From: Phycisphaera mikurensis NBRC 102666
GTDB lineage: Bacteria > Planctomycetota > Phycisphaerae > Phycisphaerales > Phycisphaeraceae
Reading direction: 5' to 3'
DNA: 32,000 bases
Assembly: GCF_000284115.1 (NCBI RefSeq)
Contig: NC_017080.1
Location: 3,510,001 to 3,542,000, forward strand
Within the stretch, counting starts at the first letter, position 1. Each line of letters begins with the position of its first letter. Both the position numbers and the translations under genes were made by a program. The notes below the pieces were generated by a model that saw nothing but the letters and a program-made list of their open reading frames with translations, ran no database searches and was not told where the DNA came from. Positions 1 through 8,144 of the stretch are shown in pieces.

Positions 1-94
1 CCGCCAGCCGCTGCGGCCAGCCCTCGCCGCAGCCCGCGGCCCGAACGGCGGCGGCGAAGGCGGTCAGCGGGTTCGGGGGAGCATCATCAACCAT
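1..94 (-). CDS. 5' end of an unidentified CDS running off the left edge of the window (MVDDAPPNPLTAFAAAVRAAGCGEGWPQRLA...)
   Basis: ATG at 94..92 is preceded by AGGAG (complement of 104..108) with about 9 nt spacing. The frame stays open with GC-rich third positions to the window edge. It is too short to identify. Confidence 0.4.
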   Translation of the reverse strand, partial: MVDDAPPNPLTAFAAAVRAAGCGEGWPQRLA

Positions 95-172
95 CCGGAA
101 TCTCCTGAGGGTAGAGGACGGCCGAACCTCCGCCGGGGCGGAACGCGCCGGGTCCTCTACGATCGCGGCCGC

Positions 173-1114
173 ATGCCGCAGGCACCCCCCGACAGCCAGG
201 ACGCCTCCCTGCCGGCCGAGCCGGCCCGCCGCCCGCAGCTCGGCTTCGTCTACACGCCGCCGTTCCGCGTGCAGGGCCTCTCGATCGCGGGCGAGGAGAG
301 CGTCGTCGCCGTGCCCGAGCTGGACGTCTGCTTCGACATCGGCTCGTGCCCCAAGGCCGTGCTGCCCAGCCCCTTCGTCGCGCTGACGCACGGCCACATG
401 GACCACGTCGCGGGCATCGCGTACTACTTCAGCCAGCGCCCGTTCCAGGGGATGTCCGCCGGGACCGTCGTCTGCCCGCCCAGCCTGCGCGACGGCCTCG
501 ACGGCCTGATGAAGGCTTGGCAGAAGATCGAGCGGCAGAAGACGCCCTACACGCTCACGCCGCTCGCCGACGGCGAGATGCTCGAGATCAAGAACAACCA
601 CTTCCTGCGGCCCTTCCGCACCGTGCACACCGTGCCCAGCTCCGGTTACAGCGTGCTGGAGAAGCGGACCAAGCTCAAGCCCAAGCTCGTCGGGATGCCG
701 CAGGAGGAGATCGTCCGGCGGAAGAACGCCGGCGAGGCGATCGTCGACACCCGCTTCGTCCCGCTGGTCTCCTACACCGGCGACACCGGCTGGGGCGACC
801 ACCTGCTCATCCCCGAGGTCCTGGAGTGCCGCGTGCTCATCACCGAGTGCACCTTCATGGAACGGGGCCACCGGCGGCGGGCCGGCGTGGGCAAGCACCT
901 GCACCTGGACCACATCGTCGAACTGGTCGAGCAGGTCGGCGACGAGACGGACGTGATCCTCACGCACCTTTCCCGCCGGACGCACATGAACGATGCGCGG
1001 AAGGCGCTCGCCGGGGCCATCCCCGCCGACAAGCTCGACCGGGTCCACCTGCTGATGGACAGCCGCACCAACCGCGAGCGCTTCGCGCAGCAGCAGGCCC
1101 AAGCGGTGGCCTGA
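173..1114 (+). CDS. MBL-fold metallo-hydrolase (RNase Z-like)
   Basis: 313-aa ORF carrying the HxHxDH metallo-beta-lactamase motif (THGHMDHVAGIAYY) and later conserved His/Asp positions (HTVPSSGY, YTGDTG, THLS). Codon third positions are strongly GC. Confidence 0.85.
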   Translation: MPQAPPDSQDASLPAEPARRPQLGFVYTPPFRVQGLSIAGEESVVAVPELDVCFDIGSCPKAVLPSPFVALTHGHMDHVAGIAYYFSQRPFQGMSAGTVVCPPSLRDGLDGLMKAWQKIERQKTPYTLTPLADGEMLEIKNNHFLRPFRTVHTVPSSGYSVLEKRTKLKPKLVGMPQEEIVRRKNAGEAIVDTRFVPLVSYTGDTGWGDHLLIPEVLECRVLITECTFMERGHRRRAGVGKHLHLDHIVELVEQVGDETDVILTHLSRRTHMNDARKALAGAIPADKLDRVHLLMDSRTNRERFAQQQAQAVA

Positions 1115-1116
1115 GC

Positions 1117-1938
1117 GTGGGTGCGGTTGCCGTCGCCTTCGCCGGGAAAGCCAACCGCCCCGCCGCCGAAGCCCTGGCCGCGAGGCTGGGCCTCCCGATC
1201 GCCAAGAAGTTCCGCGATCCGCACCCGCTGCACCTGGCGTACGGGCCCGACGGCCGCCTGGGCCTCCGCGTCGTCGCCGCCGGCCACCCGCTCGCCGGCG
1301 GCCACCCCGTCGCCGCCGACCTGCTCGCGGTCGACACCTCCAGCCCCGCCGGCCGCAAGCTCGCCACGCCCTTCTTCAAGGCCATGGGCGTGCGGCGCGG
1401 CGAGCCGGCGCGCCCCCGGGTCCTCGACGCGACCGCCGGCCTCGGCGAGGACGCCTGGCTGCTCGCCAGCGCCGGCTGCCGCGTGACCGCTCTGGAGCGG
1501 AACCCCGTCGTCCTCGCCCTGCTCCAAGACGCCCTGGCCCGCGCCGCGGACCGCGAGCCCGAAACGGCCGAACGCCTCACGGTCCGCGGCGCCGAGGCCC
1601 TCGACGCGCTTCTGGCCCTGGCCGCCGGCCCCGAGGCGGACCGACCCGACGTCGTTGCGCTGGATCCCATGTTCCCGCTCGGCCGCCGCGCCACCGAACG
1701 CAAGCCGATGCGGGTGCTCCGCATGCTCGAGGAGGCCGCCGCCGACCGGGCTGGCTCCGCCGACGACGAGCCCGCCCTGCTCGCCGCCGCCCGCGCCGCC
1801 GCCCGCCGCCGCGTCGCCGTCAAACGCCCCGGCAAGGCCCCTCCGCTCGCCGGGCAAGAGCCCGACGTCGTGTTCCCCGGCAGAGCCGTCCGCCACGACG
1901 TCTACCTCACGCCCGCGGAGACGCCGCGAGCCGGCTGA
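1117..1938 (+). CDS. rsmJ: 16S rRNA (guanine1516-N2)-methyltransferase RsmJ-like SAM-dependent methyltransferase
   Basis: C-terminal part of track ORF 346..1938. GTG at 1117 lies 2 nt after the upstream stop. Motifs VLDATAGLGEDAWLLASAGCRVTALERNP, LDPMFP and VAVKRP match the RsmJ (DUF548) family. Confidence 0.8.
   Translation: MGAVAVAFAGKANRPAAEALAARLGLPIAKKFRDPHPLHLAYGPDGRLGLRVVAAGHPLAGGHPVAADLLAVDTSSPAGRKLATPFFKAMGVRRGEPARPRVLDATAGLGEDAWLLASAGCRVTALERNPVVLALLQDALARAADREPETAERLTVRGAEALDALLALAAGPEADRPDVVALDPMFPLGRRATERKPMRVLRMLEEAAADRAGSADDEPALLAAARAAARRRVAVKRPGKAPPLAGQEPDVVFPGRAVRHDVYLTPAETPRAG
1544..1589. repeat. 46-bp inverted-repeat element, copy 1 (CCGCGGACCG-N26-CGGTCCGCGG), inside the rsmJ CDS
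   Basis: Both 10-bp arms are exact (1544..1553 and 1580..1589). The arms are read in frame as A-D-R and V-R-G. Confidence 0.9.
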
Positions 1939-1976
1939 GCGGCGGGCACCGGCGGTTCCCCCGGACGGGCGGCGGC

Positions 1977-2942
1977 TCAGCCGCCGGTTTCGACCGGGTA
2001 GCGCTCGTCGTTGAGCCACTCCTGCATGCTGCCGTCGTAGACGGCGACCCGCTCGGCGCCTTCCTCGCGGAGCAGGAGGTACGGCAGCGAGACGCGGGTG
2101 GCGGACTGGCAGTAGAGGACGACGGTCTTGCCGGCGAGGTCGGCGGGGGCGACGCCGGCGGCGTCGCGCTCGCTCGCGACGTGGTCGGCGGGCTTGACGC
2201 GGTTCTCGGCGTCCAGCAGCGCCGCGTAGTCGAGGTGCTTGGCGCCGGCGAGGTGGCCGCCGCGCGCGTTCTTCCGCCGGTCGACGCCGGTGAACTCGTC
2301 GGTGGAGCGGGTGTCCCAGAGCACCACGCCGGGGTCGCCGGCGGCCGCGGCGACCTCCCGGGCCGTCCAGATCGCGCCCTCCCGCGGCCGCGCCTGGTAG
2401 GTCTTCGCGGCGGGCGCGGCGGGCGTGCCGAACGCGAGCTCGTGGCCGGCGGCGGTCCAGCGGTCGACGCCGACGCCGTCGAGGAAGCGGAGGTCGCCGC
2501 GGTGCCCGAGCAGGTCGAGGATCATGAGCACGGTCGAGCCGTCGGCCTGGCCGGCGTGGTTGCCGTACGCGATGACGGTGTCGTCGGCGGAGATGCCGGC
2601 AGCCCCCAGCAGCTCGGCGTAGCGCTCGGCGTCGATGCGCCGCTCCTCCGGGCCGGCGCCGCCGAGGCGGAAGAGCAGGTTCTTGCCGCGGGGGTCGTCG
2701 CCGGTGCTGCGCAGGGCGGCCGGCGGGAGGTTCACCGCCCCGGGCAGGTGCCCGGCGGCGAAGGCCTCGGGATCGCGCGCGTCGACGAGCACGACGCCGG
2801 GGCGGGCGGCGAGCGCCGCCACCTCCTCCACGGCCAGGAAGGTCTCGTGGCGCTGCGACCACGGGGCGTCGGGCGTCGAGGAGCACGCCGCGAGCAGCAA
2901 GCCGCACGCGAGGAGGGCGAAGGAGGCGGAGCGGGCGATCAT
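1977..2942 (-). CDS. Rhodanese-domain sulfurtransferase (tandem rhodanese, thiosulfate/3-mercaptopyruvate type), probable lipoprotein
   Basis: Internal ATG at 2942 gives MIARSASFALLACGLLLAACSS, a signal peptide with a lipobox Cys. Two rhodanese-like halves are present, with an active-site loop YCQSATR near the C-terminus. Confidence 0.8.
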   Translation of the reverse strand: MIARSASFALLACGLLLAACSSTPDAPWSQRHETFLAVEEVAALAARPGVVLVDARDPEAFAAGHLPGAVNLPPAALRSTGDDPRGKNLLFRLGGAGPEERRIDAERYAELLGAAGISADDTVIAYGNHAGQADGSTVLMILDLLGHRGDLRFLDGVGVDRWTAAGHELAFGTPAAPAAKTYQARPREGAIWTAREVAAAAGDPGVVLWDTRSTDEFTGVDRRKNARGGHLAGAKHLDYAALLDAENRVKPADHVASERDAAGVAPADLAGKTVVLYCQSATRVSLPYLLLREEGAERVAVYDGSMQEWLNDERYPVETGG

Positions 2943-2985
2943 GGGGGAAACGTAGCGGGCGCGGCCCGTGCCCCGCCCGGCGGCG

Positions 2986-4089
2986 TCAGCGCGCGGCCTG
3001 GCCCGCCGAGCGTTCCCGGAGCAGCTCGAGCCGGTCACGGACCTCGTCGGCCATCTTGGTGTTCGGGAAGTCGCGGATAATCTCCTCGCCGACGGTGAGC
3101 GCGTGGCCCCACTCCTGGTCGTGCACCGCCATCTCGAACTGCACCCGCAGGTTCTCCCGCTGCTTGCCGATGACCTCGCGGGCGACGTCCTGGATCCGCA
3201 AGCCCTCCTCGTGCGAGAACTCGCGGTCGATCTGCTCGAGCAGCTTCATGGCCCGCGGCGTGTCCTCCCGCGCCGCCGCCGCGCGGAACTCGCGCTCGAG
3301 CTCGTGCTTGTGACGGCCCTTCGCGGCGGCCACCATCGTGTCGATGTGGGCGACGCTCTGGACCGTGGGGAACAGCCGCTTGATGCGGGCCGCCTGCATC
3401 GCCGCCCGGTCGAGCTCGTCGCGTTCGAGCATCGCGTCGAGCCGGCTGACCTCGTGGCCGACCCGCACCTGGATCTCCTTGTCGCGCGCGGCCTCGATGC
3501 GCTCCCGGAACTTCTCCGCCTCCTCCAGGCGGCCGTACGTCTCGCTCATCAGCTCGAGCAGCACCATCGCGGCGTCGAAGTCCTTCCGGGCGAGGTCCGC
3601 CTCGATCGTCTCCCGCAGCAGCCGGATGTCCTCGACGCGGTAGGCGACACGCTTCGCCGTCTCCGACACGAGCATCCGCTCGCTGATCTGCTTGAGCAGG
3701 GCCCGGTCGCTCGCCGCGGCGGCGGTCTTGAGTCCTTCCCCGTGGGCCCCCGCGATCGCCCAGCGGACGCTGCCGATGACGAAGGCGGCGAAAGCGGCGA
3801 GCGTCAGCAGCGTGGACGGCGCGAAGAAGAGGTACGTGAGCACGACGGACTCGTCCTGCGTCGCGTCGGCCGCGTCCGCCGCCGCCTCCACCGCGAGCAG
3901 CGCCCCCAGCGCCGCGGCGCAGGCGAGCACCCAGAGGCCGGCCGACACGAGCACCCACTTCCAGGGCGCAAGGCCCGACCCCTGCTCCTCCACCGCCTCC
4001 CCGCCGACCGCCGCGTGCGGCCGGGCGGGCGTGTCGACGGAGTCCCGGGGGGCGGAAACGGCTGGGTCGGCGGCGGGGGCGGCGGTCAC
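2986..4089 (-). CDS. Hypothetical membrane-anchored coiled-coil protein
   Basis: GTG at 4089 is preceded by AGGAG with 6 nt spacing. Two hydrophobic segments (WKWVLVSAGLWVLACAAALGALLAV; VVLTYLFFAPSTLLTLAAFAAFVIG) are followed by a long charged E/R/A-rich helical region. I recognise no family. Confidence 0.6.
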   Translation of the reverse strand: MTAAPAADPAVSAPRDSVDTPARPHAAVGGEAVEEQGSGLAPWKWVLVSAGLWVLACAAALGALLAVEAAADAADATQDESVVLTYLFFAPSTLLTLAAFAAFVIGSVRWAIAGAHGEGLKTAAAASDRALLKQISERMLVSETAKRVAYRVEDIRLLRETIEADLARKDFDAAMVLLELMSETYGRLEEAEKFRERIEAARDKEIQVRVGHEVSRLDAMLERDELDRAAMQAARIKRLFPTVQSVAHIDTMVAAAKGRHKHELEREFRAAAAREDTPRAMKLLEQIDREFSHEEGLRIQDVAREVIGKQRENLRVQFEMAVHDQEWGHALTVGEEIIRDFPNTKMADEVRDRLELLRERSAGQAAR

Positions 4090-4286
4090 GGGGGACTCCT
4101 GGAGAGGGAAGGGAAGCGCCGGAGAAGGTGGACCGGGCCGAACCCAATCGTACCCGGAGGCGGCCGCTTTCCGCCCGCCAAAGACCCGACGCGGGCCGCA
4201 GCCGCGGGCCAAGCGGCGGAGCGATCGCGCGGGACTTTCGCATGGCGCCTGGCGACCCGGACCGCCGCCAAGCGGCCGCGGCCCCG

Positions 4287-5747
4287 CTACCGCGTGTACT
4301 TGTTCCCGGCCTTGCTCAGCCGCTTGTGCACGTACAGCGCCTCGAGCACGAACTCGCCGGCGCTGGCGATCGCCTGGTCGTCCTCGGGGTCCATGCCCAG
4401 CCGCTCGGCCATGTCGACCGCGGCGGGCAGCAGCCCGTCGACGTGCTTCATCGACGCGATCTGCTCGGCGGCGGAGACCTCGTCCCCGACGCTGAGCTTC
4501 AGGCCGCTCTCGAAGGCCTCCGCCACGTTCTCGAACTCGTCCACCTCGGCAACGGTGTCGAACACGCTCTTGACGGCTTCGCCCAGCAGCGACTCCACGA
4601 GCTTGTCCTCGGTGGCGTCGCCGTCGTCGCTCATCATCAGCTCGATCTTTCCGCGGGTGGCGGTCGTCAGGTGCATGAGATCGCAGACCCGCGGGACGAC
4701 GCGCTGCTCCCCGGTGAGGATGCCACGCCGCTCCGCGGAGGAGACCAGCGTCTCGAGGCAGGCGATGGAGGTGCGGACCGAGACGCCGCTGGCCTGGTTG
4801 ATGTGGCTGGATCCGCGGGCCTGGGCGATCGTCACCTCGAGGGTGCGGCGGAGGTACTCGGGCACGTCGATGGCGGGCACGCCGGCGGTGAGCGACTCGG
4901 CGCCGGGCTCGTCCCGGCGCGAGATCCACGCGTTCTCGGCGGTGATCCGCGCGGCCTCGTCGATGCCGCGGGGGTAGTGCGTGCGGACGACGCTGCCGAT
5001 CCGGTCCTTCAGGGGCGTGACGATGCGGCCGCGGTTGGTGTAGTCCTCGGGGTTGGCCGAGAACACGAGGCAGACGTCGAGGTTGAGCCGCACGGGGTAG
5101 CCGCGGATCTGGACGTCGCGCTCCTCGAGCACGTTGAAGAGGCCGACCTGGATCCGCGGCGACAGGTCGGGCAGCTCGTTGACGGCGAAGATGCCGCGGT
5201 TGGAGCGCGGGATCAGGCCGAAGTGCATCGTCGACTCGTCGCTGAGTTCGCGGCCCTGGGCGTACTTGACGATGTCGATCTCGCCGATCAGGTCGGCGAT
5301 GGTGACGTCGGGCGTGGCGAGCTTCTCGGAGTACCGCTCGCTGCGGTGCATCCAGCGGATCGGCGTTTCGTCGCCCCGCTCGGCGACGATGCGCCTCGCG
5401 GCGCCGGTCATCGGCTGGATCGGGTCGTCGGGCACGTCGGTGCCGGCGACGACGGGGCACCACGCGTCGAGCAGCTTGGGCAGCTGGCGGATCATCCGCG
5501 TCTTGGCCTGGCCACGCAGACCCAGGAAGAGCATGTCGTGCCGGCTGAAGATCGCGTGGACGACCTGGGGGACGACGGTGTCGTCGTAGCCGCGGACGCC
5601 CGGGAACACCGGGCCGCCGTCCTTCAGGCGGGCGATGAGGTTCTCGCGGAGCTCCTGCTTGACGGTGCGGACGCGGTGGCCGTGCTCTTTGAGCCGGCCG
5701 AGGGTGGCGACGTCGGGAGCGGAGGAAGAGGGCGTTTCGGCGGGCAT
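4287..5747 (-). CDS. AAA+ ATPase, Mg-chelatase ChlI/MoxR-like
   Basis: Start taken at MPAETPSS (ATG 5747). Contains MLFLGLRGQAKT (Walker A-like), GIFAVNELPDL (Walker B-like) and LNLDVCLVFSANPEDYTNRGRIVTPLKDR, typical of ChlI-type AAA+ proteins. Confidence 0.75.
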   Translation of the reverse strand: MPAETPSSSAPDVATLGRLKEHGHRVRTVKQELRENLIARLKDGGPVFPGVRGYDDTVVPQVVHAIFSRHDMLFLGLRGQAKTRMIRQLPKLLDAWCPVVAGTDVPDDPIQPMTGAARRIVAERGDETPIRWMHRSERYSEKLATPDVTIADLIGEIDIVKYAQGRELSDESTMHFGLIPRSNRGIFAVNELPDLSPRIQVGLFNVLEERDVQIRGYPVRLNLDVCLVFSANPEDYTNRGRIVTPLKDRIGSVVRTHYPRGIDEAARITAENAWISRRDEPGAESLTAGVPAIDVPEYLRRTLEVTIAQARGSSHINQASGVSVRTSIACLETLVSSAERRGILTGEQRVVPRVCDLMHLTTATRGKIELMMSDDGDATEDKLVESLLGEAVKSVFDTVAEVDEFENVAEAFESGLKLSVGDEVSAAEQIASMKHVDGLLPAAVDMAERLGMDPEDDQAIASAGEFVLEALYVHKRLSKAGNKYTR

Positions 5748-5790
5748 GGGCGAGGCTAGGCGTGGCCGGAAAACCCGCTTGGGGGAAGCT

Positions 5791-6813
5791 TCAACGGGTG
5801 CCACCGCCCGCGAGGAGCCCGCTGAGCACCGAGGCCGCGGGCTTGGGCGAGCCGTCGAACCCGTAGACGCCGAAGTGGTAGGCGTGCTCGTCGGCGTGGT
5901 CGCCCTCGATGCTCGCCCGGCCGGGGTCGAGGTCGTCGAGGCCGTACCAGTAGACGCGCGGGCTCGGGGCCGCGGCAGCGGCCTCGAGCGCGGCGGACTG
6001 CGCGGCGAGGGCGCCCGGCGTCCCGGCCCGGCCGGCCGCGGCGTCCCAGGTCGACAGCCCCGTCTCGGTCACCCACACGGCGCGGCCGCCGGCCACCTCC
6101 TCGAAGGCGGCGATCCGGTCGGCCCAGCCGCTCCACCGCCAGGGCTGGTCCCAGCCGTCGGCGGGCAGCTCGCCCGCGGCGGCTCGCTCGCTGCCCCCGG
6201 CGTCGTCGACGAAGTGCTCGCCCCACATGTGCGGGAAGCCGTGCACGCCGACGATGGGGACGTGCTCGAGGTGGCCCCGCTCGCGGAGCAGGGTGATGAA
6301 GGTCGGGTCGGCGGGGGCGAGGCCGCCGAGCACGGCCGGCTTGCCCGCGGAGGCCGCGACCGCGGCGGCCCCGTGGATCATCTCCCCGAAGAGGTGCCAC
6401 TGCGGGTCGGACCCGAGGAAGTCCCAGTAGAAGCGGCCGTTGGGCTCGTTCCAGAGCTCGATCTCGTGGAAGCGGTCGCCGTGCAGGTCGATGATCTGGC
6501 CGATGAAGGCGGCGTAATCGCGGAGGTCGTGCGGCGGGCCGCTGCACGCCCCGTTCCGCGAAATCGACGGCGGCGTGTGCCACACCGAGGGCAGCAGCTC
6601 GAACTCCTGGAGCTCCTCGAACAGGAAGGAAACGAAGGCCGGGCCGTCGGGCCGATGGAAGTCGGCCCACGAGACGCCGGTTCGCAGCCGGGCGACGCCC
6701 AGGCCGCGGAGGCGGTCGCGGGCGGCGAGGACGTGCTCGTGGTCGTTGTGGTGGAACCACTCGCAGACGCCGAGGCGCTGCGTGTAGGACGCGGGGTTGG
6801 GAGGCTGGCTCAT
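5791..6813 (-). CDS. Glycoside hydrolase, TIM-barrel clan GH-A (GH39/GH5-like)
   Basis: MSQPPNP start at 6813. The ELWNEPN acid/base motif and a later VWVTETG nucleophile-type motif are present. Its ATG overlaps the upstream gene's TGA (ATGA at 6813..6810). Confidence 0.6.
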   Translation of the reverse strand: MSQPPNPASYTQRLGVCEWFHHNDHEHVLAARDRLRGLGVARLRTGVSWADFHRPDGPAFVSFLFEELQEFELLPSVWHTPPSISRNGACSGPPHDLRDYAAFIGQIIDLHGDRFHEIELWNEPNGRFYWDFLGSDPQWHLFGEMIHGAAAVAASAGKPAVLGGLAPADPTFITLLRERGHLEHVPIVGVHGFPHMWGEHFVDDAGGSERAAAGELPADGWDQPWRWSGWADRIAAFEEVAGGRAVWVTETGLSTWDAAAGRAGTPGALAAQSAALEAAAAAPSPRVYWYGLDDLDPGRASIEGDHADEHAYHFGVYGFDGSPKPAASVLSGLLAGGGTR

Positions 6814-7961
6814 GGGAGGATCTTCGCGGCCGCGGATCCGGGCGGATGCCGCAGGGGCCGGTTCTGGGAGGGCTCCAGCGCCCGTCCGACGGCGGCGGCG
6901 ACCGGGCCGACGGGGACGGCGTCGACGCAGCTGCGGAGGCCCGCGATCCGGCACACGCCCTCCACCACGCACGCGGGCGGGCCGAGGCGGTCGGGTTCTC
7001 GCAGCGGGCACGGCGTCGTCGATTCCAGGGCCTCGCCCGCGAAGCGGCCGCCCCGCTCCACCCGCGGCATGTAGAGCTTCGCCCGCGTGGGGCCGAACAC
7101 CGCGACCGTTGGCGTCCCGACCGCCGCGGCGAGGTGCAGCAGGCCCGAGTCGTTGGTGAGCAGCGCGGTGCAGCGGGCGAGCACCGCCGCGGCCGTCAGC
7201 AGGTGCGCCGGGCCGAGCGCGGGGAGCGGCTCCGGGAGCCGGCGCTGCACGGCCGCCGCCCGCTCCGCGTCCGGCCCGGCGATCAGGACCGCGTCGGTGC
7301 CCGCCGGCCGGCCGATCAGCACCTCCGCCACGCGCTGCGGCGGCCAGACCTTCAGGTCGCTCCCGCCGTTCACGGCCGCGGCGAGCAGTGGACGGCGGCC
7401 GCGCGGCAGGCCGAGGGCCCCCAGCCACGCCTCCGCCGCCCGGGCGTGCGGCGGCGGCGGCTCGACGCTCGCCACGGCCTCGGGGGGAGCCGACAGCCCC
7501 CACCCCGCCGCCGCCGCGTCGCTGACGAAGGCCGCCGTGCCCGCCCCGCCCACCGCGGCCGCCAGCTCCACCGGCTGGTCCTCCTGCGCGTTCGCGTCGC
7601 CGAAGCCCGCCGCCACCGCCGCGTCGCGCAGCCCCTCGGGCGCGTGCATCAGCCCGACGAAGCGGGTCGCGTCGTCGAGTGCCGCCGCCCAAGCGGCCGA
7701 CTTCTCCCGGGCCGCGTCGTCGCCCCGGTCTCCCCAGTGCCGCAGGCCCAGCTGGAGGTAGGTCCCCACCGCGTCCTCCGGCCGCGCCAGCACCTCCACC
7801 AGGTCGACCGCCGGCCGCGTCGCCAGCCAGAGCACCGGCGTCCGCTGCTCCGCCCGCCAGGCCCGCAACGCCGGCACCGACATCACCACGTCGCCGAACC
7901 CGCAGCGCAGGCACATGACGCGGCGGAAGGTCGAGGGGAGCGGATCGTCGTCGCGGGGCAC
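6810..7961 (-). CDS. Glycosyltransferase family 9 (heptosyltransferase-like)
   Basis: N-terminal CGFGDVVMSVPAL and C-terminal LLTNDSGLLHLAAAVGTPTVAVFGPT are GT9 hallmarks. The start is GTG 7961 or ATG 7916 (uncertain). Confidence 0.75.
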   Translation of the reverse strand: MPRDDDPLPSTFRRVMCLRCGFGDVVMSVPALRAWRAEQRTPVLWLATRPAVDLVEVLARPEDAVGTYLQLGLRHWGDRGDDAAREKSAAWAAALDDATRFVGLMHAPEGLRDAAVAAGFGDANAQEDQPVELAAAVGGAGTAAFVSDAAAAGWGLSAPPEAVASVEPPPPHARAAEAWLGALGLPRGRRPLLAAAVNGGSDLKVWPPQRVAEVLIGRPAGTDAVLIAGPDAERAAAVQRRLPEPLPALGPAHLLTAAAVLARCTALLTNDSGLLHLAAAVGTPTVAVFGPTRAKLYMPRVERGGRFAGEALESTTPCPLREPDRLGPPACVVEGVCRIAGLRSCVDAVPVGPVAAAVGRALEPSQNRPLRHPPGSAAAKILP

Positions 7962-7993
7962 CGCCGACGCTACCCCCCAGCCCCCGGCGTGTC

Positions 7994-8039
7994 CCGCGGA
8001 CCGCCGCGCCGAACGCCCGCGACGCTCCGCGGTCCGCGG
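7994..8039. repeat. 46-bp inverted-repeat element, copy 2
   Basis: Arms are exact at 7994..8003 and 8030..8039. It is intergenic, 106 bp downstream of the thiC stop and 33 bp upstream of the GT9 start. Confidence 0.9.
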
Positions 8040-8144
8040 CGGCGGGACGTCTTGAGGAGCTCCCGCGAGACCGCCCGCCGGTCCGGGCGGGAAGCAGACG
8101 CAGGCCGGCGGGCCGCCGGCTTCACGCGGGGCGTGGGATGCGGA

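Noticed and set aside
772-2907. 711-aa ORF on the minus strand (and similar giants: 6846..10235 part of the 1317-aa + ORF, 21072..23954 -, 29091..31721 -, 12476..14458 -, 17150..19126 -, 24775..26547 +, 27310..29328 +)
   Set aside because: Their translations are extreme Arg/Pro/Gly/Ala low-complexity. They lie antisense to or out of frame with ORFs that have clear family motifs. Stop codons are simply rare in about 70% GC DNA, so these are shadow ORFs.
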